From positions 2,688,001 through 2,752,000 of the forward strand of contig CBDBBI010000010.1 of NCBI GenBank assembly GCA_965202625.1: a DNA stretch of 64,000 nucleotides, read 5' to 3'. The position numbers were made by a program, and so were the translations under genes. Origin of the DNA: a bacterium (lineage in GTDB: Bacteria; UBA8248). Each line of letters opens with the position of its first letter. Position 1 is the first letter of the stretch. Of the stretch, positions 1-9,219 are shown one piece after another. Below the pieces are notes generated by a model, which was not told the origin of the DNA, searched no databases, and saw only the letters and a list, made by a program, of their open reading frames with translations.

Positions 1-2
1 CG

Positions 3-122
3 GTGATGCGCAATCCAAACATCGCCGATGGTTTGAACGTGGCGAAAGGCCGCATTGTTCATGCGGGGGTGGCGGAAGCCTTGGGAATGAAACGCGCAAG
101 CGCGAAAGAGGTGTTTTCCTAA
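3..122 (+). CDS. ald: Alanine dehydrogenase, C-terminal end (truncated by window edge)
   Basis: Hand translation VMRNPNIADGLNVAKGRIVHAGVAEALGMKRASAKEVFS* resembles the Ald C-terminus (GLNV..G.v....VAEALG). Confidence 0.75.
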   Translation: MMRNPNIADGLNVAKGRIVHAGVAEALGMKRASAKEVFS

Positions 123-142
123 GAGAGGGAGATTTCCCTCTC
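123..142 (+). terminator. Hairpin right after the ald stop, possible terminator
   Basis: Perfect 8-bp stem GAGAGGGA-gatt-TCCCTCTC, with no strong U-tract. Confidence 0.45.
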
Positions 143-877
143 GGTTGACACGAGAGGCCTAGGAATGGCAAGGTTGCAAGGACGACAACCAAAGGTGATT
201 TATGGGCATGAGTTCGAGTTTGTGTTCCCCATAAAATACGAAGAGGAACACGTTCTCAAAAGAATAGAGGCTGCCGCTCCGCAACAGACATGGATGGAAA
301 ACTTAGTGAACAAAACAAACAAGCACGCGAACGACGCAAATGACCCCAACCCCACGAGATGGCGATTGAAAAAGCGCGTGAGGGGGTCATAGGGTGATCG
401 CCAAAATATGAATTTTCCAACCGCCCGTCTTGCTCTGGGCAAAGAGATTCGGCTTGTTGCCACTGAGACGCTTAGGCGCGTTCCTTCCAGGACAGAGAGG
501 ATTATTACTCCCTCGAGGGGTGGCAGGAGAAAATTCAACAGCTTATACAAAATGAAGAATCCGCGAGCGGGCTGAGGAAAACCTCCAGAGAACCAAAGTC
601 GTCAAAGAAAATCTTGGTGGATTGCATATCTAGCCTAGCAGAGGGTCGGGGGGGAGCAATCGCACTAACTCCTGTAACCCCGCTCTCTTGAGGAGACTTT
701 GCAATAAGCAAAGGATGCGCGCAGACAAACGTTAGAGAGAGCCTTAAAAACTAAGCGCGGAATTAAAGATAAAGATCGAAGTTTCTAACCGAGCTCCACT
801 GGTGCGTGCATTACGAAAAGACTAACTTAACCACATGGAAACCTGTGCCTCAGTGCTTGAAGCCCGGCGGCTTCGAT

Positions 878-1546
878 TTATTTCTTGATGAGGCCCAACA
901 CGAATTTCCCCTGAATCTCCAGGTGTTTAATCACCAGGCACTCGGCTTTTATCGCGTCGCTGCCGAGAATGGCTTGGAGTATTTCCTCGTGCTCGGCTAC
1001 AGAGTCGTCGAGGCGCCCGGGCGCGTGGAGCGTCACCACGCGGGTCTTCATGATTTGTTGCCGAAGATTTTCGATGAGCGACTGTAGCCTTGAATTCCCG
1101 CAAGCACTCGTGATGTGTCGATGAAAATCGCGGTTCGTCGCCCAGTAGGAATCTACGTCGCCCCGCTCGTGATGTCGTTTCAAGCGTTGAAAAAAATGGC
1201 GAAGTTTCTTGTTTGCCCTTCCTTTCTGAAGGTTCGGGGTTGCGAGGCGCGTGGCGAGACCCTCTAGAACGCTGGTGATGGCGTAGATGTCTAAAACCTC
1301 GTCTTCTTTCACGCGGCTTACATACGCACCCTTGTGGGGAACGATGGTGATGTACCCTTCGGCTGCGAGTTCCCTGAAGGCTTCTCGAAGCGGCGTTCTG
1401 CTCACGCCCATCGATTGGGTCAACGCCGTCTCGACCAGTTTGTCTCCCGGCTGAAAAGTTCCGTTCAGAATGGCGTCTTTTATCTGTTCCGACGCCATCC
1501 TGCTCAAGGATTTGGGTTTTTTGATTTGAACGCCGAGTATGCGCAT
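878..1546 (-). CDS. GntR family transcriptional regulator (FCD domain)
   Basis: N-terminal wHTH (PGDKLVE..L...MGVSRTPLREA) and C-terminal FCD (NRDFH, GNSRL, EHEEIL). Confidence 0.93.
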   Translation of the reverse strand: MRILGVQIKKPKSLSRMASEQIKDAILNGTFQPGDKLVETALTQSMGVSRTPLREAFRELAAEGYITIVPHKGAYVSRVKEDEVLDIYAITSVLEGLATRLATPNLQKGRANKKLRHFFQRLKRHHERGDVDSYWATNRDFHRHITSACGNSRLQSLIENLRQQIMKTRVVTLHAPGRLDDSVAEHEEILQAILGSDAIKAECLVIKHLEIQGKFVLGLIKK

Positions 1547-1628
1547 GTCGAGCCTCAGTCCGCCCCCTTCACGGATAAATGATCAAATGAAGAAAAGCCC
1601 TCAAGGCGAATTCTAGGTTGTAGAAGAA

Positions 1629-2819
1629 TCAGACCACGCCCCTCCCTCGAAGAACGCTCCGTTGCGTTTCATCCATTCCGAGAATAGTCTCCAACACTTC
1701 TTCGGTGTGCTCGCCGAGTGCGGGCGGGGGCGTCCGCACGGCACCCGGAGCTTCCGAGAGCTTGATGGGCACACCGGTCACTTTCGTCGGGCCAGCGATA
1801 GGCACATCGACGTCCACCACCATCTCCCGGGAGAGCACCTGTGGTTCGCTGAGCACCTGACCGATGTCGTTTATCGGTCCGCATGGAATACCGGCCCCCC
1901 GCAGGGTCTCGAGCATTTCTTCCACCATTTTTTCGGCAAAAAAGACGTCGAGGATCGCTTGTAGTTCTTCGCGGTTGTTCACTCGGTCCTTGTTGACGGC
2001 GAATTTGGCATCTTCCTTGACGTCTCCTAGCCCCATCGCGTCGCAGAATTTTCTCCACAGGCTGTCGTTTCCCACGCCTAGGTTGAAGTATCCATCCTTG
2101 CACGCATAGGTTTCATAAGGCGTAATTGAGGGATGCCGGTTTCCTCTTCTTTGCGGGATGTTTCGGGTCGCGAAATAGCTGTTCGCGTGGTAGGTGAGCA
2201 GGGCCACCTGCCCGTCGAGCATGCTAATGTCAACCATTTGGCCGATCCCCGTTTTCTCGCGGTGATACAGGGAGAGCAAAATGCCCTGGGCGGCGAGCAT
2301 TCCGGCCGTGATGTCTGCGATGGACGCGCCCACTTTAGTAGGCGGGCCGTCGGCGTCTCCTGTGATGCTCATCACCCCGCCCTCGCCCTGGATGACCACG
2401 TCGAAACCCGGTTCGTTCCTCCGGGGGCCGGTTTGTCCAAAGCCGGAGAGCGAGGCGAATATCATTCGGGAGTTGATCTGGTGGATCGCCTTCCAGGAAA
2501 ACCCGAGTTTATCCAGTGTCCCGGGTCTGAAATTCTCCACCATGACGTCGCTTTTTTGAATCAAGTCCCGTAAAAGCGCCTTTCCGCGCTCATGTTTCAG
2601 GTTGAGCGTGAGGCTCTTTTTGTTCCGGTTGATGGAGATGAAGTACGTGCTCACGCCGTTCAGGAAGGGGGGCCCCCAGCTACGAGTGTCGTCTCCGCCG
2701 TCCGGGTTTTCGATCTTGATGACCTCAGCACCCATATCGCCCAGCATCATGGTACAATAGGGGCCTGCGAGAATGCGCGTCAGGTCAACTACCCGAATAC
2801 CTTTTAGTGGTCCGGACAT
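1629..2819 (-). CDS. Family III (CaiB/BaiF/Frc) CoA-transferase
   Basis: PLKGIRVVDLTRILAGPYCT, GDDTRSWGPP, NRNKKSL, ENFRPG and catalytic Asp in SIADITAG. Confidence 0.95.
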   Translation of the reverse strand: MSGPLKGIRVVDLTRILAGPYCTMMLGDMGAEVIKIENPDGGDDTRSWGPPFLNGVSTYFISINRNKKSLTLNLKHERGKALLRDLIQKSDVMVENFRPGTLDKLGFSWKAIHQINSRMIFASLSGFGQTGPRRNEPGFDVVIQGEGGVMSITGDADGPPTKVGASIADITAGMLAAQGILLSLYHREKTGIGQMVDISMLDGQVALLTYHANSYFATRNIPQRRGNRHPSITPYETYACKDGYFNLGVGNDSLWRKFCDAMGLGDVKEDAKFAVNKDRVNNREELQAILDVFFAEKMVEEMLETLRGAGIPCGPINDIGQVLSEPQVLSREMVVDVDVPIAGPTKVTGVPIKLSEAPGAVRTPPPALGEHTEEVLETILGMDETQRSVLRGRGVV

Positions 2820-2834
2820 GAGGGTTTCTCTCCG

Positions 2835-3959
2835 TCAGGCTCGAATAAGTGATATCAGCACGCCAGCCGCGATCGCAGAACCAATGACGCCGGCCACGTT
2901 GGGGCCCATTGCGTGCATGAGCAGAAAGTTCCTGGGGTTCTCATCCGCGCCTACTTTTTGAACCACGCGCGCGGCCATGGGAACCGCGCTTACGCCCGCC
3001 GCGCCGATGAGGGGGTTGATCGGCGTGCGGCTGAGCGCGGCCATTATCTTTCCGAAGATCACGCCGGTGGCGGTGCCGACGCCGAAGGCGATGAACCCTA
3101 GCACGAGGATGCCGATGGTCTCCCACTTGAGAAAACTCCCGGCCGTCATTGAGGCACCCACGGATACTCCAAGAAATATCGTCACCATGTTGAGCAGGGT
3201 ATCTTCTGAGGTTTTGAGCAGCCTCTCGACGACGCCGCACTCTCTGAAGAGGTTTCCGAGCATGAGCATTCCGATGAGGGGTGCTGCCGACGGCAAGAGA
3301 AGGCCCGTGAGCAGCGTCGTGATGACGGGAAAGAGGATGCGAACGGGTTTTTCGATTTCCCTCAGCTGCATCATTGTGCGCGCGCGCTCCTCTTTGGTGG
3401 TTAGCGCCCTCATGATGGGGGGCTGTATCATGGGAACGAGAGCCATGTAGCTGTAAGCGGCCACGGCGATGGGGCCCAACAGGTGGGGCGCCAGCTTCGA
3501 GGCAGTGTAGATGGCGGTGGGGCCATCCGCTCCGCCGATGATGCCGATGGCACCGGCTTCGGAGAGGCTGAAGCCCAGACCGATGCTCCCGAGTAGCGTG
3601 GCGAAGATGCCAAACTGCGCCGCTGCGCCCAGGAGCAGCATTTTCGGGTTCGCTAACAGCGGGCCGAAGTCCGTCAGCGCGCCGATGCCCATGAAGATCA
3701 GAGGGGGGAATACGCCTGCCTTCACCCCGGAATAGAAATAGCGGATGAGGCCGCCTTCATCAAAAATACCAGTTTCGGGAAGGTTGGAGAGCAGCATTCC
3801 AAACCCGATGGGGATCAGGAGCAAAGGTTCGAAACCTTTTTGGATGGCCAGATAGAGGAGTAAGCAGGAAATTCCGAGCATGAGGACGTCTCCGAAACTC
3901 AGCGCGGAGAAACCGGTGACGGAGATGAAATCGGCGACCGAGAAGGACAGGCGGCTCAT
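2835..3959 (-). CDS. mmdB: Na+-translocating decarboxylase beta subunit (MmdB/GcdB/OadB family)
   Basis: Very hydrophobic. Motifs [56 protein letters not shown]. Confidence 0.95.
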   Translation of the reverse strand: MSRLSFSVADFISVTGFSALSFGDVLMLGISCLLLYLAIQKGFEPLLLIPIGFGMLLSNLPETGIFDEGGLIRYFYSGVKAGVFPPLIFMGIGALTDFGPLLANPKMLLLGAAAQFGIFATLLGSIGLGFSLSEAGAIGIIGGADGPTAIYTASKLAPHLLGPIAVAAYSYMALVPMIQPPIMRALTTKEERARTMMQLREIEKPVRILFPVITTLLTGLLLPSAAPLIGMLMLGNLFRECGVVERLLKTSEDTLLNMVTIFLGVSVGASMTAGSFLKWETIGILVLGFIAFGVGTATGVIFGKIMAALSRTPINPLIGAAGVSAVPMAARVVQKVGADENPRNFLLMHAMGPNVAGVIGSAIAAGVLISLIRA

Positions 3960-4357
3960 GAAATCTCCAGCAGCAACTGAGCGGCTTCCACCTTGTCGCC
4001 TTTTCGCACGTGAAGCGCCTGAACGACACAGTCCGAATCAGCCGTAATCACGTTTTCCATCTTCATCGCCTCAAGGACTAAAAGCGTATCCCCGGCGCGT
4101 GCCGCATCGCCCGGCGCCACGTTGACGGATAGTACGACGCCCGGTAGGGGGGCCAATATCTTCCCGCCGTCGCTGGCGGACTCAGGTGTCTGTCTGCGTG
4201 CGCTGGTAGGATGAGGGGCGGTGGGGAGCGAGACCTCCTCTATTCTCACGCGATGCGTCTGGCCGTCTATCGTAATGTGGATATCCTGCGAGCCAGGGTC
4301 GCGCTCGACGCTCACAGAGTAGCGCTTTCCGTTCACGGTCAGATAAAAGTTTCTCAA
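3956..4357 (-). CDS. mmdC: Biotin carboxyl carrier subunit (gamma) of the Na+ pump decarboxylase
   Basis: Biotinylation motif EAMKMEN, N-terminal [12 protein letters not shown], 4-nt overlaps with both neighbours. Confidence 0.92.
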   Translation of the reverse strand: MRNFYLTVNGKRYSVSVERDPGSQDIHITIDGQTHRVRIEEVSLPTAPHPTSARRQTPESASDGGKILAPLPGVVLSVNVAPGDAARAGDTLLVLEAMKMENVITADSDCVVQALHVRKGDKVEAAQLLLEIS

Positions 4358-4680
4358 CGCCGCCTCTGTTGACTTAAGTGGCTCAGACGGGTGGTTTGCG
4401 CCCAGACGGAATTCACATCGCGTCGCACTTTCGGGACGCGAACCTCCGACATTTCTGTTTCCCCAAAATATCCTGCGGCCGCGGCCAGGACGAAGGCGAG
4501 GTCATCATTTTCCGGAGAGACTTCCCCGTTCTCCGCGTTCGTATTCTTCTTTCGTCGCCCGGTGCTGGTGTCAAGGAGTCTCTCTAGGAGTTGAATGACT
4601 GCCATAAGTATGAGCAGAGAGCCAAAGACGACGCCCATGCCGATGATGGTCAGCAGAATTGCGGGCGTGAACGTATCCAC
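4354..4680 (-). CDS. mmdD: OadG/MmdD-family membrane anchor subunit (delta)
   Basis: Single N-terminal TM helix with GMGVVFGSLLIL, an AAAA helix and C-terminal S.W...R. Lies between the alpha and biotin subunits. Confidence 0.85.
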   Translation of the reverse strand: MDTFTPAILLTIIGMGVVFGSLLILMAVIQLLERLLDTSTGRRKKNTNAENGEVSPENDDLAFVLAAAAGYFGETEMSEVRVPKVRRDVNSVWAQTTRLSHLSQQRRR

Positions 4681-4697
4681 GAAGGAGTCCTTTATCC

Positions 4698-6260
4698 CTA
4701 CAGCGGAATGTTTCCGTGCTTTTTCCGCGGCCTGTCCTCTTGCTTGAGCGCGGTCATCTCCAAGGCGCGAACAAGCGCGCCTCTCGTGTGGCGCGGTTCA
4801 ATGACGGCGTCTACGAGCCCCAGTTTTGCCGCCGCGTAAGGTTTGGCGAAGCGCTTTCGATATTCTTCTATTTTCTCCTGGCGAACCTTCTCGGGGTCCT
4901 GTGCCTCGCTAATCTCACGCTTGAAAATGACGTTGGCGGCCCCCTCCGGGCCCATCACGGCGATCTCGGCGAACGGATAGGCGAGAACGCGGTCGTAACC
5001 TAAGCCGAATCCGCTCATCGCGACAAAGGCGCCGCCGTAGCTCTTGCGGACGATGAGGGCGATTTTCGGCACACTTGCCTCGCTGTAGGCGAAGAGCACC
5101 TTGGCGCCATGACGAATGACCCCCCCGTATTCCTGCTGGACGCCGGGCAAATATCCGGGCACGTCGACGAAGTTGATGATGGGGACGTTGAACGCGTCAC
5201 AGAAGCGCACGAAGCGGGCGAGCTTATCGGAGCTGTCGATGTCCAAGACACCGGCCAGGTGCGCCGGCTGATTTCCCACGACGCCGACGGGCTTTCCGCC
5301 CAATCGCGCGAATCCAACGAAGATGTTCCTGGCGAACGCTGGCTGAACTTCCAGAAAATCGCCTTCGTCGAACACGTTGGTCACTAGGTCTCGCACGTCG
5401 TAGGCGATCGTGGCCTTTACCGGGACGACCTCATCCAGAGCGGGGTTCTCGTCGGGAGGCCACTCTGAGATCTCGGACAAAGGGGGATCGTCCAGGTTAT
5501 TCGACGGCAAGAAAGAGAGTAGTTTCTTCACCACATCAAAGCACGCGCGCTCGTCCTTGGCCAGAAAATGCGCGTTCCCACTCGTTGCGCTGTGTACCGC
5601 ACCGCCGCCTAGCTCCTCGGGTGAGACGTCTTCTCCCGTCACCGCCTTAATCACGTCTGGCCCCGTGATGAACATCTTGCTCAACCCGTCGACCATGAAG
5701 ACGAAATCCGTGAGTGCAGGCGAATAGACCGCACCGCCGGCGCAAGGGCCCAGAATGACGGAAATTTGGGGGATCACCCCCGATGCGTGCGTGTTGCGCT
5801 GAAAGATGCGCGCGTAGCCATGAAGGGAGAGAACGCCCTCCTGAATGCGTGCACCACCGGAATCGAGGATCGTTATAATGGGCGAGCCGGTTTTTATGGC
5901 GAGTTCCTGCACCTTCACAATTTTTTCCGCGTGCATTTCTCCTAGAGAACCGCCCAGAGTACTGAAATCTTGCGAGGCCACGAACACGAGCTGGCCGTTC
6001 ACGCGTCCGCTTCCGGTGATGATGCCATCCCCGGGGGTACGCTTCGCATCCATTCCGAAGTCTGATGAGCGCGTTTCAATGAAAAGGTTGATTTCCGAGA
6101 AACTACCGGAGTCCAGCAGAAGCTCAAGTCGCTCTCTGGCGGTGAATTTTCCTTGTTTGCGCTGTTTTTCTTTCGCCGCCTCGCCGCCCAACGCCCGCGC
6201 CTTGGAGGCATGTTCCTTCAGCTCATCCATCGGATTTTGATGGTTAGATTTTGGCGACAA
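4698..6260 (-). CDS. mmdA: Acyl-CoA carboxyltransferase (MmdA/PccB-type), alpha subunit of the Na+ pump decarboxylase
   Basis: ARERL..LLD.GSF, DSGGARIQEG, GPCAGGAVYSPA, DVPGYLPG, MGPEGA, C-terminal KKHGNIPL. TTG start with AGGAG RBS. Confidence 0.93.
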   Translation of the reverse strand: MSPKSNHQNPMDELKEHASKARALGGEAAKEKQRKQGKFTARERLELLLDSGSFSEINLFIETRSSDFGMDAKRTPGDGIITGSGRVNGQLVFVASQDFSTLGGSLGEMHAEKIVKVQELAIKTGSPIITILDSGGARIQEGVLSLHGYARIFQRNTHASGVIPQISVILGPCAGGAVYSPALTDFVFMVDGLSKMFITGPDVIKAVTGEDVSPEELGGGAVHSATSGNAHFLAKDERACFDVVKKLLSFLPSNNLDDPPLSEISEWPPDENPALDEVVPVKATIAYDVRDLVTNVFDEGDFLEVQPAFARNIFVGFARLGGKPVGVVGNQPAHLAGVLDIDSSDKLARFVRFCDAFNVPIINFVDVPGYLPGVQQEYGGVIRHGAKVLFAYSEASVPKIALIVRKSYGGAFVAMSGFGLGYDRVLAYPFAEIAVMGPEGAANVIFKREISEAQDPEKVRQEKIEEYRKRFAKPYAAAKLGLVDAVIEPRHTRGALVRALEMTALKQEDRPRKKHGNIPL

Positions 6261-6275
6261 TATAAATCTCCTAAA

Positions 6276-6292
6276 GTGTATACTGCATACAA
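6276..6292. promoter_or_regulatory. Putative GntR/FadR-type operator (tandem GTATAC/GCATAC palindromes)
   Basis: GTGTATAC followed by TGCATACAA immediately upstream of the mmdA RBS. Fits the GTM-N0-1-KAC core described for FadR-subfamily sites. Confidence 0.45.
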
Positions 6293-6458
6293 TCAGCTTT
6301 GATGAGTAAAGTCAAGGAGTTTCGTTGAGGCCCCGGAGAGATTTTAGAGCACGTGTCGGAGCGTCGCCCGTTCCCATTTTCCAATTGAGGGTCAGTACAT
6401 GTGGCGGTGTGCCCAAAAAGGGACTGAAAAACACGCATGCGCCATTCGCTGGACAGCT

Positions 6459-7373
6459 TTAAGACGTAATTCTCCACTCCGGTATTCCGGCGTGAAGGAG
6501 TTGTCCCGGTAGCTGGCGGTTCAGAATTCTCTCTGCTTGAGCGACGGCTTCCAAGAGTTTTGGGAGGTGGATTCCGGTTTCCACCCCCATCTCGTGAAGC
6601 ATATTGACAGTGTCCTCGCTCGCTATGTTGCCTGTGGCTCTTGGGGCGAAGGGGCAGCCCCCCAACCCGCCGATGGACGCGTCGAACGTGTTGATTCCGG
6701 CCTCTAGGCCCGCCAGGAGGTTCGCCAAGCCGACGCCCCTTGTGTTGTGTAGGTGAAGCGCGTAGCGTACCGAGGGGAATTTGTTGCGCACATGCGTGGT
6801 GAGCCTCCGTATTTCTAATGGATTCGTCATGCCCACGGTGTCAGCCAAAACGATTTCCTCGCACCCCATGTCCACGTATTCGCCGACCACCCATTCGATG
6901 TCCACGTAGGAAACGCGTCCTTCATATGGACAGCCGAAGGCGGCGACGACTCCGCCCCTGAGCTTGAGGTTCGCTCCCGCAGCCATTTTGGCGACTTCAC
7001 AGGCTACCTCGAGCATTTTCTTTCGGCTCGCCCGCATATTTTTTTGGTTGAACGTCTCACTGGCGGCGACGAACAGCATGACGCGATTCAGCTCGCACGC
7101 AAGTGCCCGTTCCATGCCCGGAACGTTGGGAACCAGTGCCTCGTATTCTGCCTCAGGATGGCGTCTGCAGCTGACGAGCACCTCCCTGGCGTCTCTCATC
7201 TGGGGAACGTGCTTTGGGCTGACGAAACTTGTCACCTCAATGCGGCGGACGCCGGCGTCGGTGATGGCGTCCAAAAGTTTGATCTTATCCTCTGGTGGAA
7301 CGTATTGCTTTTCGTTCTGAAGGCCATCTCGCGCGCTGACTTCGACGACGTTGACCTGCCTAGGGAGATTCAT
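6459..7373 (-). CDS. Hydroxymethylglutaryl-CoA lyase family protein (DRE-TIM)
   Basis: EVSARDGLQNE, TSFVSPK.VPQM, FGCPYEG, LADTVG, HLHNTRG, GGLGGCPFAP.ATGN. Confidence 0.92.
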   Translation of the reverse strand: MNLPRQVNVVEVSARDGLQNEKQYVPPEDKIKLLDAITDAGVRRIEVTSFVSPKHVPQMRDAREVLVSCRRHPEAEYEALVPNVPGMERALACELNRVMLFVAASETFNQKNMRASRKKMLEVACEVAKMAAGANLKLRGGVVAAFGCPYEGRVSYVDIEWVVGEYVDMGCEEIVLADTVGMTNPLEIRRLTTHVRNKFPSVRYALHLHNTRGVGLANLLAGLEAGINTFDASIGGLGGCPFAPRATGNIASEDTVNMLHEMGVETGIHLPKLLEAVAQAERILNRQLPGQLLHAGIPEWRITS

Positions 7374-7423
7374 CGCATTTCTTCTCCTACGTAAGGAAAG
7401 GGCTTGTTTTCATTATTTTGTTC

Positions 7424-8534
7424 TCATCCTGCCGAGGTTCTCCCCGCCTCGTGGAGGCGGGGGAGGGATGCCTGCGGCTCCATGTCCAGGGCCCCTCCCC
7501 GCGTGAACTTGTCTTCGGATATGGAGTGACGCCATTCTGTGTATGGCTCTTCATCAAGGAAATGGGAGAGTTGATGCGCTCTGTCCACGTTCTCCAGAGG
7601 GACAAGGCGAGGGCGAATCCTGCCGATTTGGCTACGAATGACTCATAGGGCGAACTTTAGGATGGCGGTTTTACCTGCGGCGTCAAAGACCCGCGCCATG
7701 TTCCATGCGTTTTTAGTGCCACCGAATTTCGAGAATTTGATGAGCGCGACGTCGGCCGCCTCCTCATCCACGATGTGGTACGCGTCGTCGATAGAGAACA
7801 AGGATTCATCCACGGCGCCCTTCATTCCCCGAGCGCGTATCTCCCGAAAAAGCTCGATACATTTTTTCTCTTTGGGAAGGACCGGTTGCTCGAAGTGCTC
7901 AAGTCCGATCTTGAGCATATCGTCCGTGAAGCGGAGGGCTTCGTCGGGTGAAAATCCGCCGTTCGCATCCGTTCGGAGCTGGATTTGCGAGCCGAATCTT
8001 TCGTGCAGCCGAGCGATGCGATCGGCGTCCGCCTTCGCGTTAAAGCCTGATTTTACCTTGAGGGTGCGCACGCCTTGATGGACGAGGGTTTCCGCTTTTC
8101 GGAGGGCTTCCTCGTTCGAAAGGAGACCTATCGGGCCGTCGAGCGCGATGGTGTTCCTTCTTGGTCCGCCAAAAATGTGAGCTAACGACGTTTTGCTGAC
8201 TTTAGCGGCTAGGTTGATGGCGACGATTTCCAGAGCGTTGCGTGCTGCGCTCATGCCCTTGAAATCTGCGGTCTCATTAAGTGTGGCGAGTAGCTCACTC
8301 GCTTCTTTTCCCTGAATTCGGGGGGCGGCCTCCTGGATCTTAGCAGCCATCTTGGGGCCTGTTTCTTGTGTGACTTGCATGAGCGGTGCTGCCTCGCCCC
8401 CAACCTTCCTCTCCCTCACCGTCTGTGAGGCGAACCACGATTCGCTCCACGACGGAAGTGCTCCCATAGCGATTTCTGGATTTCTGGGCGACTCGCGCTA
8501 CGGTGTCCCAAGCCTTCGTTTTCTGAATCGACAT
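7424..8534 (-). pseudogene. Frameshifted enolase-superfamily (MLE/dipeptide epimerase subgroup) gene
   Basis: N-terminus (RIVVRLTDGEGEEGWG) is in one frame, the core (KVK, DAN, EQP, DES, IKFSKFGG) in another, and C-terminal pieces (SSPYES, GPGHG) in further frames. At least 4 shifts. AGGAGA RBS before ATG 8534. Confidence 0.8.
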
Positions 8535-8631
8535 GAATTATCTCCTGAGCGGATGAAAGGGGTCCCTTCCACTCCAAGAGAGGGGAGGAGGCCGATAGCC
8601 CCTGTTTGTGATTCATGGCGCTCCGGTCGTT

Positions 8632-9216
8632 TTAGTCCTTATGGGGATGAGATGGGGACGCGCCTTGGACAAGATGGCGATCGCCAATGGGGGATTCTTT
8701 CGGCGTATAAATCCGGATGTCCGGCAGAGTGCGGTACGCCTCGCCGTAGTCTAGCCCGTATCCGACGACAAAATGATCCGCAATCGTGAATCCGACGTAG
8801 TCCGCCTCTATCCCCAATTCTCTCCGCGCGGGTTTATCCAGTAAAACGCACGTTCTCACCGATGCGGGGCGTTTTCCTCTCAGTAAAGCGAGTGCGCTCG
8901 AGAGCGTGTGGCCCGTATCCAGGATATCGTCGATTAGCAACACGTTTCGCCCCTTGATGGTGCTGAGGTGGCTGGCGTCGATGTTCACGCGGCCCGCACT
9001 TTGCTCGCCTGCGCCATAGCTCGATGCCGAGAGGAAGTCGAGTGTGGCGTCGCGCATGAGGGCGCGGGCGAGATCGACGCCGAAGAATACAGTGCTTTTC
9101 AGTATCATGATGATGTGAAGCGGCCCGGCGGGTAGTGCCGCGCGGATTTCTGCGGCGAGCGCCGGAAGGCGATTTTGGATGTTCGCATGGGATATCAATA
9201 TCTCGTTCGCAGGCAT
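8632..9216 (-). CDS. hpt: Hypoxanthine phosphoribosyltransferase
   Basis: SSYG, PRPP-binding motif VLLIDDILDTGHTL, LLDKP, FVVGYGLDY. Confidence 0.92.
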   Translation of the reverse strand: MPANEILISHANIQNRLPALAAEIRAALPAGPLHIIMILKSTVFFGVDLARALMRDATLDFLSASSYGAGEQSAGRVNIDASHLSTIKGRNVLLIDDILDTGHTLSSALALLRGKRPASVRTCVLLDKPARRELGIEADYVGFTIADHFVVGYGLDYGEAYRTLPDIRIYTPKESPIGDRHLVQGASPSHPHKD

Positions 9217-9219
9217 CGT

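Noticed and set aside
165-392. 75-aa plus-strand ORF after ald
   Set aside because: No recognisable motif, it starts after a terminator-like hairpin, and it overlaps a competing minus-strand ORF.
8632-9216. Hpt with LKS in place of LKG and a short C-terminal tail
   Set aside because: The core PRPP and purine motifs are intact, so this is too little to claim altered function.
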